Assembly: GCA_963745835.1 (NCBI GenBank)
Contig: CAVUZH010000014.1
Span: 64,001 to 128,000 of the forward strand
Reading direction: 5' to 3'
DNA length: 64,000 nucleotides
Source: an uncultured delta proteobacterium
GTDB taxonomy: Bacteria > Desulfobacterota > Binatia > UBA9968
Of this stretch, positions 10,585 through 21,316 are shown piece by piece; position 1 is the stretch's first letter, and each line of letters starts with the position of its first letter. The position numbers and the translations under genes are program-made. The notes below the pieces were generated by a model. The model made no database searches. It had not been told where the DNA came from and saw only the letters and a program-made list of their open reading frames with translations.

Positions 10585-13500
10585 ATGCAAGTGGTTTCTT
10601 TCTATCGTAGTATACACGCTCGACTCATTCTCCTGGTCTTGGTTGCGACAGTTCCCTTCATAGCGCTCAACTTGCATCTTGCCAAAGAAGAGAGAAGCCA
10701 TTACCGGCGCGCTGCTCTCGATCATTCCCTCGCTTTTGCGCGGCTCGTAAGCTCGCGAGTCGATGATCACCTCAGTAATATGGAGTCTCTCCTTCACGCT
10801 GTCGCAGCGATCGTGTCAAACGATCTCAGCGCGGTCGCCGCCAACGACGCGAAACTCACGCAGATTCAATCCGGGCTGCCAAGTTATTTCCACAGCATCT
10901 CGGTGCTGACGCCCGACGGTCGCATGTTGAATTCGTCGACCGCCTCACCCGAGGAGCGAAAAAACATCAAAGTGACCGATCGCAAATATTTTAAAGAAGC
11001 AGTCGCACTCGGCTTGGCGATCGGTGAACCCGTCGTTTCGCGTACATCGGAGAACTGGGTTCTGATCCTGGCGCGGAGCATTCTCGCTCCGGACGGCTCG
11101 CTCAGGGCCGTCGTCTCGATGTCGACCCGATTGACGAGCTTCCAACAACTGCTGGTACCTGAGCGCTTACCCGCCGGCTCGGTTATGACATTAGTGAACG
11201 AGCAGGGAATTGTTCTGGCTCGCTCCTCAGAGCCGGAAAAATGGGTGGGGCGGGATTTCGGCGCGAGCCCTAATTTTCAACGGGCCATAGTCGAGCGCGA
11301 GTTTAGCGCAGAAACCATCGCGTTCGATGGCATTACCCGCCTCTCTTCGTACACGACCGCGCGGCGGGCGCCGTGGATTATTTACGTCGGCATCCCAACG
11401 GAGACGGCACTGGCAGCGGCGCGCGATGCTACTTGGCGTTTTGTCAGTTTAGCCGCGCTCACTTCCATTTTAGCCTTGGCGCTTGCCTGGTGGCTCTCCA
11501 AAATAACTGCCGATCCGTTACGGCAGTTGAGCCGCGATGTGGCACAGCTCACTCTCGGCAATCTCTCGCATCGATCCAAGGTCAAATCTAGCAGCGAGGT
11601 GGGACTATTGGCGGAGGAGTTTAACCGGATGGCCGGCGAGCTACAAAGCGAACGCACATGCTTACAGAGCAGCGAAGAGAGGCTACGGCTGGCAGTAACC
11701 GGTGCTCGACTCGGCACCTGGCATTGGAATCTCGGTACAGGTGAACTCATCTGGTCAGAGAGATGCCGCGAGATTTTCGGAGTGCCTGACACTACTCCTA
11801 TGACCTACGATCAGTTTCTGACTTTGGTCCACCCCGAAGACCGCGAACGTTTGACCCGGGTAGTCACCGATGCACTCAGGAACAGGATGGATTTCGAATG
11901 TGAGTACCGCATCTGCCTTAGCAATAACACAGTTCGTTGGATCGTCGCTCTCGGACGTGGCGACTATGACGCGGCGCAGAATCCCTATCGTATGGAAGGG
12001 GTGGTTTTAGACATCACGGAGCGAAAAAAGGCCGAGGCGAGTATTCTAAAAGAAAGGGATTTCTCTGACGCTATTCTAGACAGCCTGCCTGGGGTTTTCT
12101 ATTGCTATGACCAAGAGTTCCACTTCCGGCGCTGGAACAAAAACCTCGAGCGGGTGACCGGTTACACGGGCAGCGAGATTGCCCGCATGAGCCCGCTGGA
12201 TTTTTTCGTCGGCCCTGAGCGGGAGTTGATTGAGGAACGGATTGAGGAGGTCTTTGCGACCGGCCGATCGCAGGCCGAAGCGGAATTCATCGCCAAGGAT
12301 GGAACACGCATTCCCTACTACTTTACTGGTTTAACTATCGACATCGACGGCATGCCTCATCTACTCGGAGTGGGAATAGACCTTTCAACGCGTAAGCAGG
12401 CCGAGGCGGAGCGCGATCGCTTGTTCAACCTGTCGCTTGATCCGCTCTGCGTCGCGGGCTTTGACGGCTGCTTCAAACAAGTCAATCCCGCATGGACACG
12501 TACACTGGGCTGGTCGGCAAGCGACTTGTTGAGCAAACCATGGTTGGACTATGTCCATCCCGAAGATCGCGACGCCACAGGACAGGCTGGAGCTTCGCTG
12601 CTGGCTGGGCAGCCGGTTTTAGGTTTTGAAAACCGCTATCGGCATCAAAACGGTTCTTATCGCTGGCTCGCATGGAATTCATTCCCGCTTCCCGAAGTCG
12701 GTTTAATTTTTTCCGTCGTACGCGATATCAGCGAGCGCAAACGCACCGACGAAGAGCTTCGCAAAAGCGAAGCAGAGCTCCGAGCCGCGCAAGAGCGCGC
12801 CAAGCTTGGTAGCTGGGAAGTGGACCTGTCCACGCGAACTGTCTCGTGGTCGGCGGCGATGTTCCGATTGCTCAACTGTGACCCGACGCGCGGAACCCCG
12901 CCGCCTGAGCAATTTCTCGAGATGGTGCATCCCGATGACCGTCATCTCATCGAGGACCAGCTCACGCGAGTTGTGCAAACAGGCGATCAGTTCACTCAAG
13001 AGTTTCGCAGTGATCCGGCGCGGGGCCCGTTGCAGTACTTCAATGCTATCGTCCAAGCAACAAAGAATGCCCAGGGCCGGGTTGTTCATTTAGCTGGGAC
13101 GATCCAAGATATCACTGACCTTGTGAAAGCGAGGCACGCCTTGGACAGCGCCGAACGAGAAGCGACGCTCGGACGAATGGCCGCCTCGATTGCCCATGAA
13201 ATCAACAATCCTCTCTTCGCGATCAAGACACGGTTATACACCTTCAAAAAGACGCTCGCCGACCGACCCGAGACAACTGAAAAGCTGGATCTGGTGATGG
13301 CTCAATTGGATCGGATCGGTCGGGCAACCCGATCGATGCTTGGCTTTTTTAAGCAACGCGCTGCCCATTCGACGTCCGTCTCCTATGCCGACGTCATCCG
13401 CGCCGCTACGGATCTGTTCGAGGCAAGCCTTTCGGCCAAGGGAGTGCGGCTCATCATAAACCTTCCGCATTCTTTACCCGCCGTTTCTGTCAACGTCGAT

Positions 13501-13809
13501 GAATTGCAGGAAGTTCTCATCAACCTGCTCGATAACGAGCGGGATGCGCTCGGTAGCAATAACGACCTGTACATATCGGCGCAAACGCATGGTGATCAGA
13601 TCGTCATCAGCATCGAGGACAACGGACCTGGATTCACCGAGCCGGAGCGGCTGTTCGACGCCTTCTATACAACCAAGACCACCGGTACCGGCTTGGGTCT
13701 TCCCATTGCAAGAAGGATCTGTGAAAGTTACGGCGGAAAGCTGACGGCGGAAAACAGGAAGGACGGAGGAGCGCGCTTCATCATCGTTCTGCCCCTCCAC
13801 CAAGTGTGA
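10585..13809 (+). CDS. Membrane sensor histidine kinase (Cache-HAMP-4xPAS-HisKA-HATPase)
   Basis: Two TM segments around a Cache-like domain; HAMP (SSEVGLLAEEFNRM); PAS motifs VHPEDR/DITERK; H-box AHEINNPL; DNGPG, GTGLGL. Confidence 0.93.
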   Translation: MQVVSFYRSIHARLILLVLVATVPFIALNLHLAKEERSHYRRAALDHSLAFARLVSSRVDDHLSNMESLLHAVAAIVSNDLSAVAANDAKLTQIQSGLPSYFHSISVLTPDGRMLNSSTASPEERKNIKVTDRKYFKEAVALGLAIGEPVVSRTSENWVLILARSILAPDGSLRAVVSMSTRLTSFQQLLVPERLPAGSVMTLVNEQGIVLARSSEPEKWVGRDFGASPNFQRAIVEREFSAETIAFDGITRLSSYTTARRAPWIIYVGIPTETALAAARDATWRFVSLAALTSILALALAWWLSKITADPLRQLSRDVAQLTLGNLSHRSKVKSSSEVGLLAEEFNRMAGELQSERTCLQSSEERLRLAVTGARLGTWHWNLGTGELIWSERCREIFGVPDTTPMTYDQFLTLVHPEDRERLTRVVTDALRNRMDFECEYRICLSNNTVRWIVALGRGDYDAAQNPYRMEGVVLDITERKKAEASILKERDFSDAILDSLPGVFYCYDQEFHFRRWNKNLERVTGYTGSEIARMSPLDFFVGPERELIEERIEEVFATGRSQAEAEFIAKDGTRIPYYFTGLTIDIDGMPHLLGVGIDLSTRKQAEAERDRLFNLSLDPLCVAGFDGCFKQVNPAWTRTLGWSASDLLSKPWLDYVHPEDRDATGQAGASLLAGQPVLGFENRYRHQNGSYRWLAWNSFPLPEVGLIFSVVRDISERKRTDEELRKSEAELRAAQERAKLGSWEVDLSTRTVSWSAAMFRLLNCDPTRGTPPPEQFLEMVHPDDRHLIEDQLTRVVQTGDQFTQEFRSDPARGPLQYFNAIVQATKNAQGRVVHLAGTIQDITDLVKARHALDSAEREATLGRMAASIAHEINNPLFAIKTRLYTFKKTLADRPETTEKLDLVMAQLDRIGRATRSMLGFFKQRAAHSTSVSYADVIRAATDLFEASLSAKGVRLIINLPHSLPAVSVNVDELQEVLINLLDNERDALGSNNDLYISAQTHGDQIVISIEDNGPGFTEPERLFDAFYTTKTTGTGLGLPIARRICESYGGKLTAENRKDGGARFIIVLPLHQV

Positions 13810-13815
13810 GGAGAC

Positions 13816-15145
13816 ATGAGAACCTTGGTTGTCGAAGATGACCCGGCGGTAGTCGACGCTCTACGAGATTCCTTTCAAAATTGCTCGCTGAATATTGACT
13901 ATGCGACGGATGGAGAATCTGCTCTAAAAAAAATCCCTGATGTCGACTTGCTGGTGACCGACCTGCGTTTGCCTGGAATGGACGGCACGGAGCTCTTCTA
14001 TGAAGCGCGTCGCCGAAAGCCGGAAATTGAAGTCGTTATTATGACCGCCTATGGCACTATCCCCTCGGCCGTTGAAGCGATGCGGCGGGGAGCCCGGGCT
14101 TATCTGACAAAGCCTTTTGACCCGGAAGAGCTGATTATTCATATCCGCACGATCGAAGAAACGTTGAAGCTCAGGGAAATGGCATTTCGCTTCTCCCGCG
14201 GTGATCTCATCGGCTCCAGCCAGTTGATGCAAAAGGTTTATCAGGAAATTGATTTAGCGGCGAGTTCCGATTCTTCGGTATTGATCACCGGGGAGACCGG
14301 CACTGGAAAGGAGCTCGCCGCGCGCGCGATTCACGATCTGTCCCTACGAAAGAACGGCCCTTTCATCGCTGTCAATATGGGAGCGTTGCCTAAAGACCTT
14401 GTCGAATCCGAACTTTTTGGTCGCGAAAAGGGAGCCTTCACCGGCGCCGATGTCAGGAAACGAGGACGCTTCGCTCTCGCCAACGGAGGAACATTATTCC
14501 TCGACGAGCTCACGTCGCTACCACTCGAGTTGCAGCCCAAGCTCCTGCGCGCCATCGAAACTAAGGAGATCTGGAGCCTTGGCGCCGAAAAGCCGGAGCA
14601 AGTTCAAGTGCGGGTGATAGCTGCCGCCAACGCCGATATCGAAGCGATGGTAAGATCGTCAACGTTTCGTGAAGATCTCTACTATCGGCTCAATATCCAC
14701 CGTATATTCATGCCCGCGTTGAGAGACCATCCAGAGGACATCCCGATCATCGCCCGCACGCTCCTCGAGCGAGCAAAGACCGAGGACAGGACCGGCAGCC
14801 ACAGACCGATTGACATCTCGGGCGAGGCGCTTGCTGGTTTGGTGAGCCGTCCTTGGTCCGGCAACGTGCGGGAACTCGCGAACGTACTGGAAAAAGCGGC
14901 CCTGCGCAGCAAGACCTTGGGTACGTCACGAATTGAGGTCGAGCATCTTGATCCGGAGCCGGGAAGCTTTTCCTTTGCTGTCTTTCAAAGAAGCGAAAGA
15001 TAAAGCCGCCGAGGAATGGTCGAAGCGCGCGATCCGAACCGCTGTCGCTTTGACCGAAGGCAACATCTCCAAGGCAGCGGCTCTGTTGAAGATGAACCAG
15101 AATGCTCTGTTCCGGCTGATCAAGAAGTATGGGCTTAGGTCCTAA
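13816..15145 (+). CDS. NtrC-family sigma-54 response regulator, frameshifted before the Fis-type HTH
   Basis: REC domain; GETGTGKE; ESELFG..GAFTGA; FREDLYYRL; HTH (GNISKAAALLKM) continues in another frame after the T4 run at 14968-14971. Confidence 0.88.
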
Positions 15146-15465
15146 GGGTCCGGTATACGCGGCAGCAAAATCTCCTTGGCATTCATTCAGCGCGTCTTCA
15201 TCCGACGTTGATCGAGCATATCCCACGCAAGACCGAACAACGCTAGTTCAAGAAGAATCAAATCACGCCTGATGTTTGCAAACTGACATCAGAACAGCGC
15301 CAAGCTCGCCTGCAATTTAATCGCGCTGCTATCGCCGCCCGGCGATAGCAAAAACTCTTTTCTCTTTCGTGCGTTAATCACACATCTTTCGACTAGTGTA
15401 GCCGCACGGCGATAGTCGCACTGTGTATTTTCAACTTTGCCCCTGAAAAATCTAGCGAAGAAAAC

Positions 15466-15480
15466 TGGCACCTGTGTTGC
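15466..15480 (+). promoter_or_regulatory. Sigma-54 promoter motif
   Basis: TGGCACCTGTGTTGC matches TGGCAC-N5-TTGC; ends ~27 bp before the 15508 start. Confidence 0.75.
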
Positions 15481-15507
15481 TCAACAGAGGTCACGGAAGG
15501 ACAGAAA

Positions 15508-15900
15508 ATGACAGAACCCAAATTGAAAACAATCTTAATTGTCGAAGACGACCACGTGGCACGGCGTGCGGTCCGCAGACTTCTTCGGGTAGAAGGATGG
15601 AAAACTATAGAGGCTGAGAACGGGGTTCAAGGATTGCGGATCTTTCGCAATCAAGCTCCCGAGATCGTTTTAACGGATGTGGTCATGCCCGGCTTCGACG
15701 GTTTTTTCCTGACCGCTGTGATCAAGTCGATCAGTCCCGAATCGCCGGTCATTATTATGACTGGGCTTGGCGATACCGAGTTGGACCGAAAGGCGTATGA
15801 CCTGGGCGTCAGTGCGTTCCTACACAAACCATTCGAGCCGGAAGCACTACTGGTTGCTCTCAGCCGATTGAATGGAAGTTCCAATGGTAAGAAAAAATGA
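15508..15900 (+). CDS. Single-domain response regulator (REC)
   Basis: IVEDD, TDVVMPGFDG, MTG, KPF motifs. Confidence 0.9.
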   Translation: MTEPKLKTILIVEDDHVARRAVRRLLRVEGWKTIEAENGVQGLRIFRNQAPEIVLTDVVMPGFDGFFLTAVIKSISPESPVIIMTGLGDTELDRKAYDLGVSAFLHKPFEPEALLVALSRLNGSSNGKKK

Positions 15901-15937
15901 AAAAAGAAATTACTGCACGCATTTGGACGGGCATGGT

Positions 15938-16339
15938 ATGAATCTAGAGATCAAGCTACTTCGTTGGCCGGAGGGCGGGAACTACGTTATAGCGTTCTGC
16001 CGAGGACCGCTACAGTGGGAAGGATTCAGGCGTATATTTCGCAGAGTCGACCGGTTCACTCAGCCACTATCGAACTGTAGGGTTATGATCGACATGCGAG
16101 ATTCGAACTACGTACTGGAGTTTACAGAAATCTCGGTTCTAATCGACCACATCGTCGCAGATGTTTCATCGCGCGATAACCAGTTGGCATTAGTATCCGC
16201 GCCAGGGGCCGAATATTTTCGGGAATTGGTTGTGCTGAGCAATTGTCTTGCGAAATACGACTTTAATATCGCTGTGTTCACCGACATGGATCGGGCCGCA
16301 AGCTGGCTGGCTTCAACGACGCTTGATTTGAGTCACTGA
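15938..16339 (+). CDS. SpoIIAA-like (STAS/SEC14-type) small protein
   Basis: RVMIDMR, LALVS and C-terminal AVFTDMDRAASWL pattern; start uncertain. Confidence 0.6.
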   Translation: MNLEIKLLRWPEGGNYVIAFCRGPLQWEGFRRIFRRVDRFTQPLSNCRVMIDMRDSNYVLEFTEISVLIDHIVADVSSRDNQLALVSAPGAEYFRELVVLSNCLAKYDFNIAVFTDMDRAASWLASTTLDLSH

Positions 16340-16502
16340 GTCGTGCCCGCACATAGATTCTACGCAGACGCTGCGCTACGACTTCAGCGCTATAACGAGT
16401 CCGAATTCTACTGTTGTCGTAATTAACGCAGTGCCTGCGCGCGCTGAATTCGAGCCATTTAGGCGCAACCCTGACGATTGTCTATTATCCGCTGCGCAGC
16501 GA

Positions 16503-17702
16503 TTATTGAGTGCGACTCTCGCCTAATACGGGTTCTCTTAGCTTCAGAGTCAGCGGTAACGCAATCAAGCACAGCGCAGCCATGACCCAGAATCCTCCGG
16601 CACCAAAGCGTCCGTATAGCGCGCCGGAGACAAGGGTGAGCAACGCGCTGGCTGCTCCAATGCCAACCGTACCATAGATCGCCTGCGCCGTGCCTTCGAG
16701 ACCTTCGGGCACGATGCGGGCGATCAAACGCATGCAGGCGAGATGAAGCAGCGCAAAGGTGATGCCGTGCAGCGGCTGCACCAGCGCCATCGCCATCACA
16801 TCAGTTGTCTGCGCCGCCACCGCCCAACGCAGGATGCCAGCCAGTGCGGCCGTGGCCAGCGCGCCGGCCGGGGTTAACCGACCAACCAGCGCCGGGCCGA
16901 TCACGAAAAACACCAGTACTTCTGCTGCAACCGACTCAGACCAGAGCAGGCTCGCGGTCGCAGGGCTGATCCCCGCGGCACTCCAGCGGATCACGGCAAA
17001 TGCATCGTGCATGGCGTGGCTGCCGAGGATCATCGCTGCCAGGATCACAAGATTCCGAAACTGCGCAATCCGGAGCAGAACACGAATGCCGCCCGCCGGT
17101 GATCGCACGACGTCGGCTGTGCGATGGTGAACCAGCTCCGGCACCAAGATCCCGGCGCAAGCTGCCATGCCGAGCAGCAAAGCCTGCAGCCAGATAATCA
17201 TGTCGAGACCGAATGCGCTCACCGCCTGCCCAGACAGCAAAGTGCCGATGATGAAGGCAGCCGAACCGGTCCCCCGGACCCATCCATATTCGAATCCCCG
17301 GCGCGCACTATGCGCTGGCGGAGTGGCAGATCCTAGGGCCAGTGCGTCCGCCAAGATTGTAATCGGCGCCAGCGATGCGGCATGCAGCAGGCCTACCCCA
17401 AGCAGAATCCATATTTCATGAGCCGCGAGATAGCCCAACGTCGCCGAGGCGGCCAGCGCGGTGCATATGACGAGCACCACGCGGAGAGCCTGTATTAGAT
17501 CGCCGATCCGGCCTGCCAGGGGCGCCGTGAGCAACCGGACGGCGGTGCCGGCGCCGAGCACGAGACCAAGCTGCTCGGGCGGCAAGCCTCGCGCACTCAA
17601 AAAGGAAGGGAGGAATGGAGAAGCGACACCGAATGCCGCATACATCGCGGCATAGAGCAGGATGAATCTTATCAGCGGGTTTGAGCCCCGGGAGTTCCAC
17701 AT
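16503..17702 (-). CDS. MFS transporter, HcaT/MFS_1_like
   Basis: About 12 hydrophobic segments; YGWVRGTGS, ESVAAEV, QPLHGITF. Confidence 0.88.
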   Translation of the reverse strand: MWNSRGSNPLIRFILLYAAMYAAFGVASPFLPSFLSARGLPPEQLGLVLGAGTAVRLLTAPLAGRIGDLIQALRVVLVICTALAASATLGYLAAHEIWILLGVGLLHAASLAPITILADALALGSATPPAHSARRGFEYGWVRGTGSAAFIIGTLLSGQAVSAFGLDMIIWLQALLLGMAACAGILVPELVHHRTADVVRSPAGGIRVLLRIAQFRNLVILAAMILGSHAMHDAFAVIRWSAAGISPATASLLWSESVAAEVLVFFVIGPALVGRLTPAGALATAALAGILRWAVAAQTTDVMAMALVQPLHGITFALLHLACMRLIARIVPEGLEGTAQAIYGTVGIGAASALLTLVSGALYGRFGAGGFWVMAALCLIALPLTLKLREPVLGESRTQ

Positions 17703-17829
17703 GGCTTTGACCGAAGCGTAACAGATTTTCTCGTCTAGACACCGATGTACGAATTGCCTATTGACACAACGCTCAGCTGTGGATTATCTTCCGGGCGCGA
17801 ATCGATAAAGAATAAGGAGGGTTTCGGAA

Positions 17830-18060
17830 GTGCTCATCGCGAACATGTTGCTAGCAGTCGCGCTGAGTTTACTTTTCATCTTGCTTGCGATTTCAGTGAT
17901 AGCCTTACTCGTCGCGTTCGCGCACCACGTCCTATTGTTGTTATTGTCTGGTGCAGCTAGATTAAACACACTTAAACCCAATCCCGCTCTCCGGAAATGG
18001 CTTCTAAGCGATGCCGTGATACTGCAACAACCTAAGCCCTCCGAAAAAGTCGCCCCATGA
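17830..18060 (+). CDS. Small membrane protein
   Basis: TTGACA at 17761 with a TATCTT-like -10; AAGGAGG RBS; long hydrophobic N-half. Confidence 0.55.
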   Translation: MLIANMLLAVALSLLFILLAISVIALLVAFAHHVLLLLLSGAARLNTLKPNPALRKWLLSDAVILQQPKPSEKVAP

Positions 18061-18381
18061 GGAGTGCCGTCCGGGTCAGGTTTATAGCTGGACGGACGAC
18101 CTGAGCTTCGTCGAGCGCTTACCTCCTCTCATACACCTTAGCGTGATTTAGTGTAGCCGAGACAAGGTGGTTCCATTGATTCGCATGCAGCGTTCCACAA
18201 ACCAATTTATTAACGGGTGGAATACCAGGAAGTCGGCGCAGGTCATGACTTGGCTGACCACCCAGGAACCGCGCTTAGGATTCGGGTTAGAGATACTTCC
18301 AACGGTTGCCGCATCATGGCTTCAACGACGCGGGTGCTCGCCCACCGAACATGGGGCTAATCGGATCGGTTGAGTGAAACG

Positions 18382-19011
18382 CTACCTGCCTCGCCTGTCT
18401 TGTTCGTCTGACCTTTCACCCGGTCTGCTTTGGTCATGTTCTTGATCACGTTCGAACAAATCTTTTTTCGACTGTTCAGTCGACCCGTGTGCTTGCTGAT
18501 CTTCTTTGGCGCGGTGATTATAAAACTGAAAAAGAACCAGAGCTCCCACGGTCACTGCTAGCGCACCGCCGTACTGCAATATTTCCAATGCCTGCTTTCC
18601 GCTAATGAATTCCTCCAGAAATCTCACCGCCAGGATCACGACTACGACGCTAATAACTTTGGTTTCAAGGTCGTTTAGAGTCTCTACGCCTAACGAGGTT
18701 GCAATGTTCAGCGGTGCAATGAACAGGCTGTAAAGTCCGACACCGATTAAATAAAAGAACACCGCCTTGAGCATGACGCTGACGATCTCCAGAAATTCTA
18801 TGGTTAAATCCGTGGCTTCGATCCGGCCGTGAATCAAAGCTGCCCATGCCTCCCAGATGCCCATGATTGCCAAAATCGTTCCCAGTAGAAAAAGTGAGAG
18901 CGCGACCAGGAGGACGGCGATGACCGCCAACAGCACGACATATCGCGTCCGCCCGATGACACGTCCCAATGGTTCCATTCGATCACTGAACTCTTTATCG
19001 GTGCGCGTCAT
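18382..19011 (-). CDS. YqhA (UPF0114) family membrane protein
   Basis: Four TM; GLYSLFI...LNDLETKVISVVVVILAVRFLE. Confidence 0.85.
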   Translation of the reverse strand: MTRTDKEFSDRMEPLGRVIGRTRYVVLLAVIAVLLVALSLFLLGTILAIMGIWEAWAALIHGRIEATDLTIEFLEIVSVMLKAVFFYLIGVGLYSLFIAPLNIATSLGVETLNDLETKVISVVVVILAVRFLEEFISGKQALEILQYGGALAVTVGALVLFQFYNHRAKEDQQAHGSTEQSKKDLFERDQEHDQSRPGERSDEQDRRGR

Positions 19012-19313
19012 TGTTGATCACGTGACACTAGTAGCTGGTACGTTAACATATCGAAAGGGGACAGACTCAGCCTTTGAACCGCCGTCAAGGCTGGGTAATG
19101 TTCGCATTGTCTGATTGCTGTCTCGCTTTTACTACTCAACGATGTGCAAGAAGCTGTGCAAAAGAGGCTGGTAACAGGTCGGGAACTCTCTTCCCGAACC
19201 GGCGCTTCAATTTCATGCAACTTAAGTTCCGGCGGCGATCATAAATTGAGCAGCTTCGCCGGGCCGATCTTGTCCTTTGCCGAATGCCAGGAAAGTGGCT
19301 GAGCCGAAGTGTA

Positions 19314-20270
19314 CTATTTACCTCCAATTGCCCGAATGAATGAACGGTCGACCATATCATCGATGGTGATTTTTCTTTTAATCCTTCCCTGCTCGAATTC
19401 CTGATCCGCTACGATGCCGATACCCTTCTCAGCAATTTTTCCATCGATAGGAAAAGAATCACGATACTGATCGTACCCTGCAGGCGCGATTGCCGGATCC
19501 ATTTTGACCCATTTCCGTAACGACTTCACGGCTTCCTCGCGGTTCTCGCGAGTTAAGCGTGTGCCTTTTTGGTAGGCCCTCAGAAAACGCGTGCTTTGGT
19601 CTTTTTCTTTGGCGAGCCACGACTCGCGCGCGGCAAAAGCTTCATAGGGCCATTCCGGATACATGTCCTTCAAATCAAACAGCTTCCGATAGCCCATGGC
19701 CGCGGCCTGCTCGGTGACAGGAAACCAGATAATCGTCGCATCCACTCCTCCTGAGCTGAGCGCTGCAAAACGGGCTGGAGTGCTGCCGATTTGCAGAATC
19801 GTTACCTCTTTCGGATCGATGCCGAAACGCAGAAGGCTTGCCCGCGTCAGAAAATCCGATAACGATCCAAAACGGCTGATGGCGAACCTTTTACCCTTCG
19901 CTTCCTTCATCGAAGTGAATTTGGCTTGCGAGTAGAGTTCAAACGGCATCAAGTTGCAAATGCCCCAAAAGTTCTTGACATCCACACCACTGGCGCGGCC
20001 CAATACAGTCTCTGCAACAGCCCCCGCCATGATCTGAACGTCGCCACCAATAAGAGCCTGGAGATTAGTATTACCGGCGTTGAACATCACCGGGACGACG
20101 TCCAATCCTTCGTCTTTGAAAAAGCCTTTGTCGAGAGTGACGTAGAGCGGTAGGAACGCGACGTTAACCGAAGAAATTCCGACGACAATTTTGGCCGAGC
20201 CGCGTTCAGGCGAGAGGCCGACTAAAAGCACCACAGCTAATAGTAGGAGGCCTAGTCTGTATCTTTTCAT
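19314..20270 (-). CDS. ABC solute-binding protein, NMT1/SsuA-like
   Basis: AAGGAG RBS; signal peptide; GFFKDEGLDV; KGKRFAISRFGSLSD. Confidence 0.9.
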   Translation of the reverse strand: MKRYRLGLLLLAVVLLVGLSPERGSAKIVVGISSVNVAFLPLYVTLDKGFFKDEGLDVVPVMFNAGNTNLQALIGGDVQIMAGAVAETVLGRASGVDVKNFWGICNLMPFELYSQAKFTSMKEAKGKRFAISRFGSLSDFLTRASLLRFGIDPKEVTILQIGSTPARFAALSSGGVDATIIWFPVTEQAAAMGYRKLFDLKDMYPEWPYEAFAARESWLAKEKDQSTRFLRAYQKGTRLTRENREEAVKSLRKWVKMDPAIAPAGYDQYRDSFPIDGKIAEKGIGIVADQEFEQGRIKRKITIDDMVDRSFIRAIGGK

Positions 20271-20296
20271 TGATATGCTCCTTTACGTTATGAGAG

Positions 20297-21307
20297 TTAC
20301 AATCTTTGAATAACCTTTTCGCCGAACAGCCGCATTGAATTTAAAATTTCCTCCTGCGGCAATCCGGGCGTCCAGTCGAAGCGCGGTAAAATGTAATCGG
20401 TTCCCAACCGGTTTCCGTATTCTTTGATCTGCTCGGCGCACTCCTCGGGCGAGCCGAGGATGAAACGCCCCTTACTTAGACGATCGAAGGCCCAGCTCAA
20501 TTCGCTTGAATCGCTCATGGCTTCGTTCTGCTTCCATTTGACGTATATCGTCCGGTAGAGCTGTTCCAAACAGGGACGCGCCTTTTCCGTCGCTTCTTTT
20601 CTTGTCTTAGCGACAAACGTCTCACGAATTATCGGTATGTCGGGCGAACCTGGCTTCCCGGCAGCGCTCCAAGTTTGGCGGCAGAGCTCCACCTGATGTT
20701 CCAATTCATCGATGGCGGAATGCGGCCCGATCATCCAGCCGTCACCGATGGTCGCGGCGCGGGCGACCGCGGCATCGGAATTGGCGGCGATCCAAATCGG
20801 CGGCCGCGGCTTTTGCAACGGTTTGGGATCGACGCTGACATTCTTGAGCTTAAATGCTGTGCCGTGATAATTCACATTATTCTCGGTCCAGAGTCGTTTG
20901 ATGATCTCAACTCCTTCGACGAACCGATGAAAGCGTTGCGCCTTGGTGAGATTAAAAGCATTCAGTTCATCATCACGGTAGCCCAGGCCGAAAGCAAAGA
21001 AGGATTTGCCATCGTTGAGGACGTCGAGACTGGCAAGTTCGCTGGCGACGGTGACCGGATGACGCAAGCCCAATAGCATCACGGCGGTGCCGACGGCGCA
21101 ACGCTTGGCTTCGGCGCAAAGCCGCGCCAGCGCGGGCACTTGATTGAGACGCTGCAGCCCCGGAATATTGTAATGATCGCCCATGGAGAAAGCGTCAAAA
21201 CCTACGGCGTCAGCTACTCGAACCTGCTCAATCAATGTCGGCATCAGTTGCGCGCCGCTCTTGTCGATCGATACCTGAGGGTTTAATTGCACGCAAAATT
21301 TCATCAC
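20297..21307 (-). CDS. LLM-class (luciferase-like) flavin-dependent oxidoreductase
   Basis: ADAVGFD..GDH, HPVTVASELASLD, PKPLQKPRPPIWIA, GSPEEC. Confidence 0.9.
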   Translation of the reverse strand: MMKFCVQLNPQVSIDKSGAQLMPTLIEQVRVADAVGFDAFSMGDHYNIPGLQRLNQVPALARLCAEAKRCAVGTAVMLLGLRHPVTVASELASLDVLNDGKSFFAFGLGYRDDELNAFNLTKAQRFHRFVEGVEIIKRLWTENNVNYHGTAFKLKNVSVDPKPLQKPRPPIWIAANSDAAVARAATIGDGWMIGPHSAIDELEHQVELCRQTWSAAGKPGSPDIPIIRETFVAKTRKEATEKARPCLEQLYRTIYVKWKQNEAMSDSSELSWAFDRLSKGRFILGSPEECAEQIKEYGNRLGTDYILPRFDWTPGLPQEEILNSMRLFGEKVIQRL

Positions 21308-21316
21308 TTCTCCAGC

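Noticed and set aside
18058-18105. Stop readthrough or SECIS after the TGA of the small membrane ORF
   Set aside because: In-frame TAG follows after 8 codons; no selenoprotein motif
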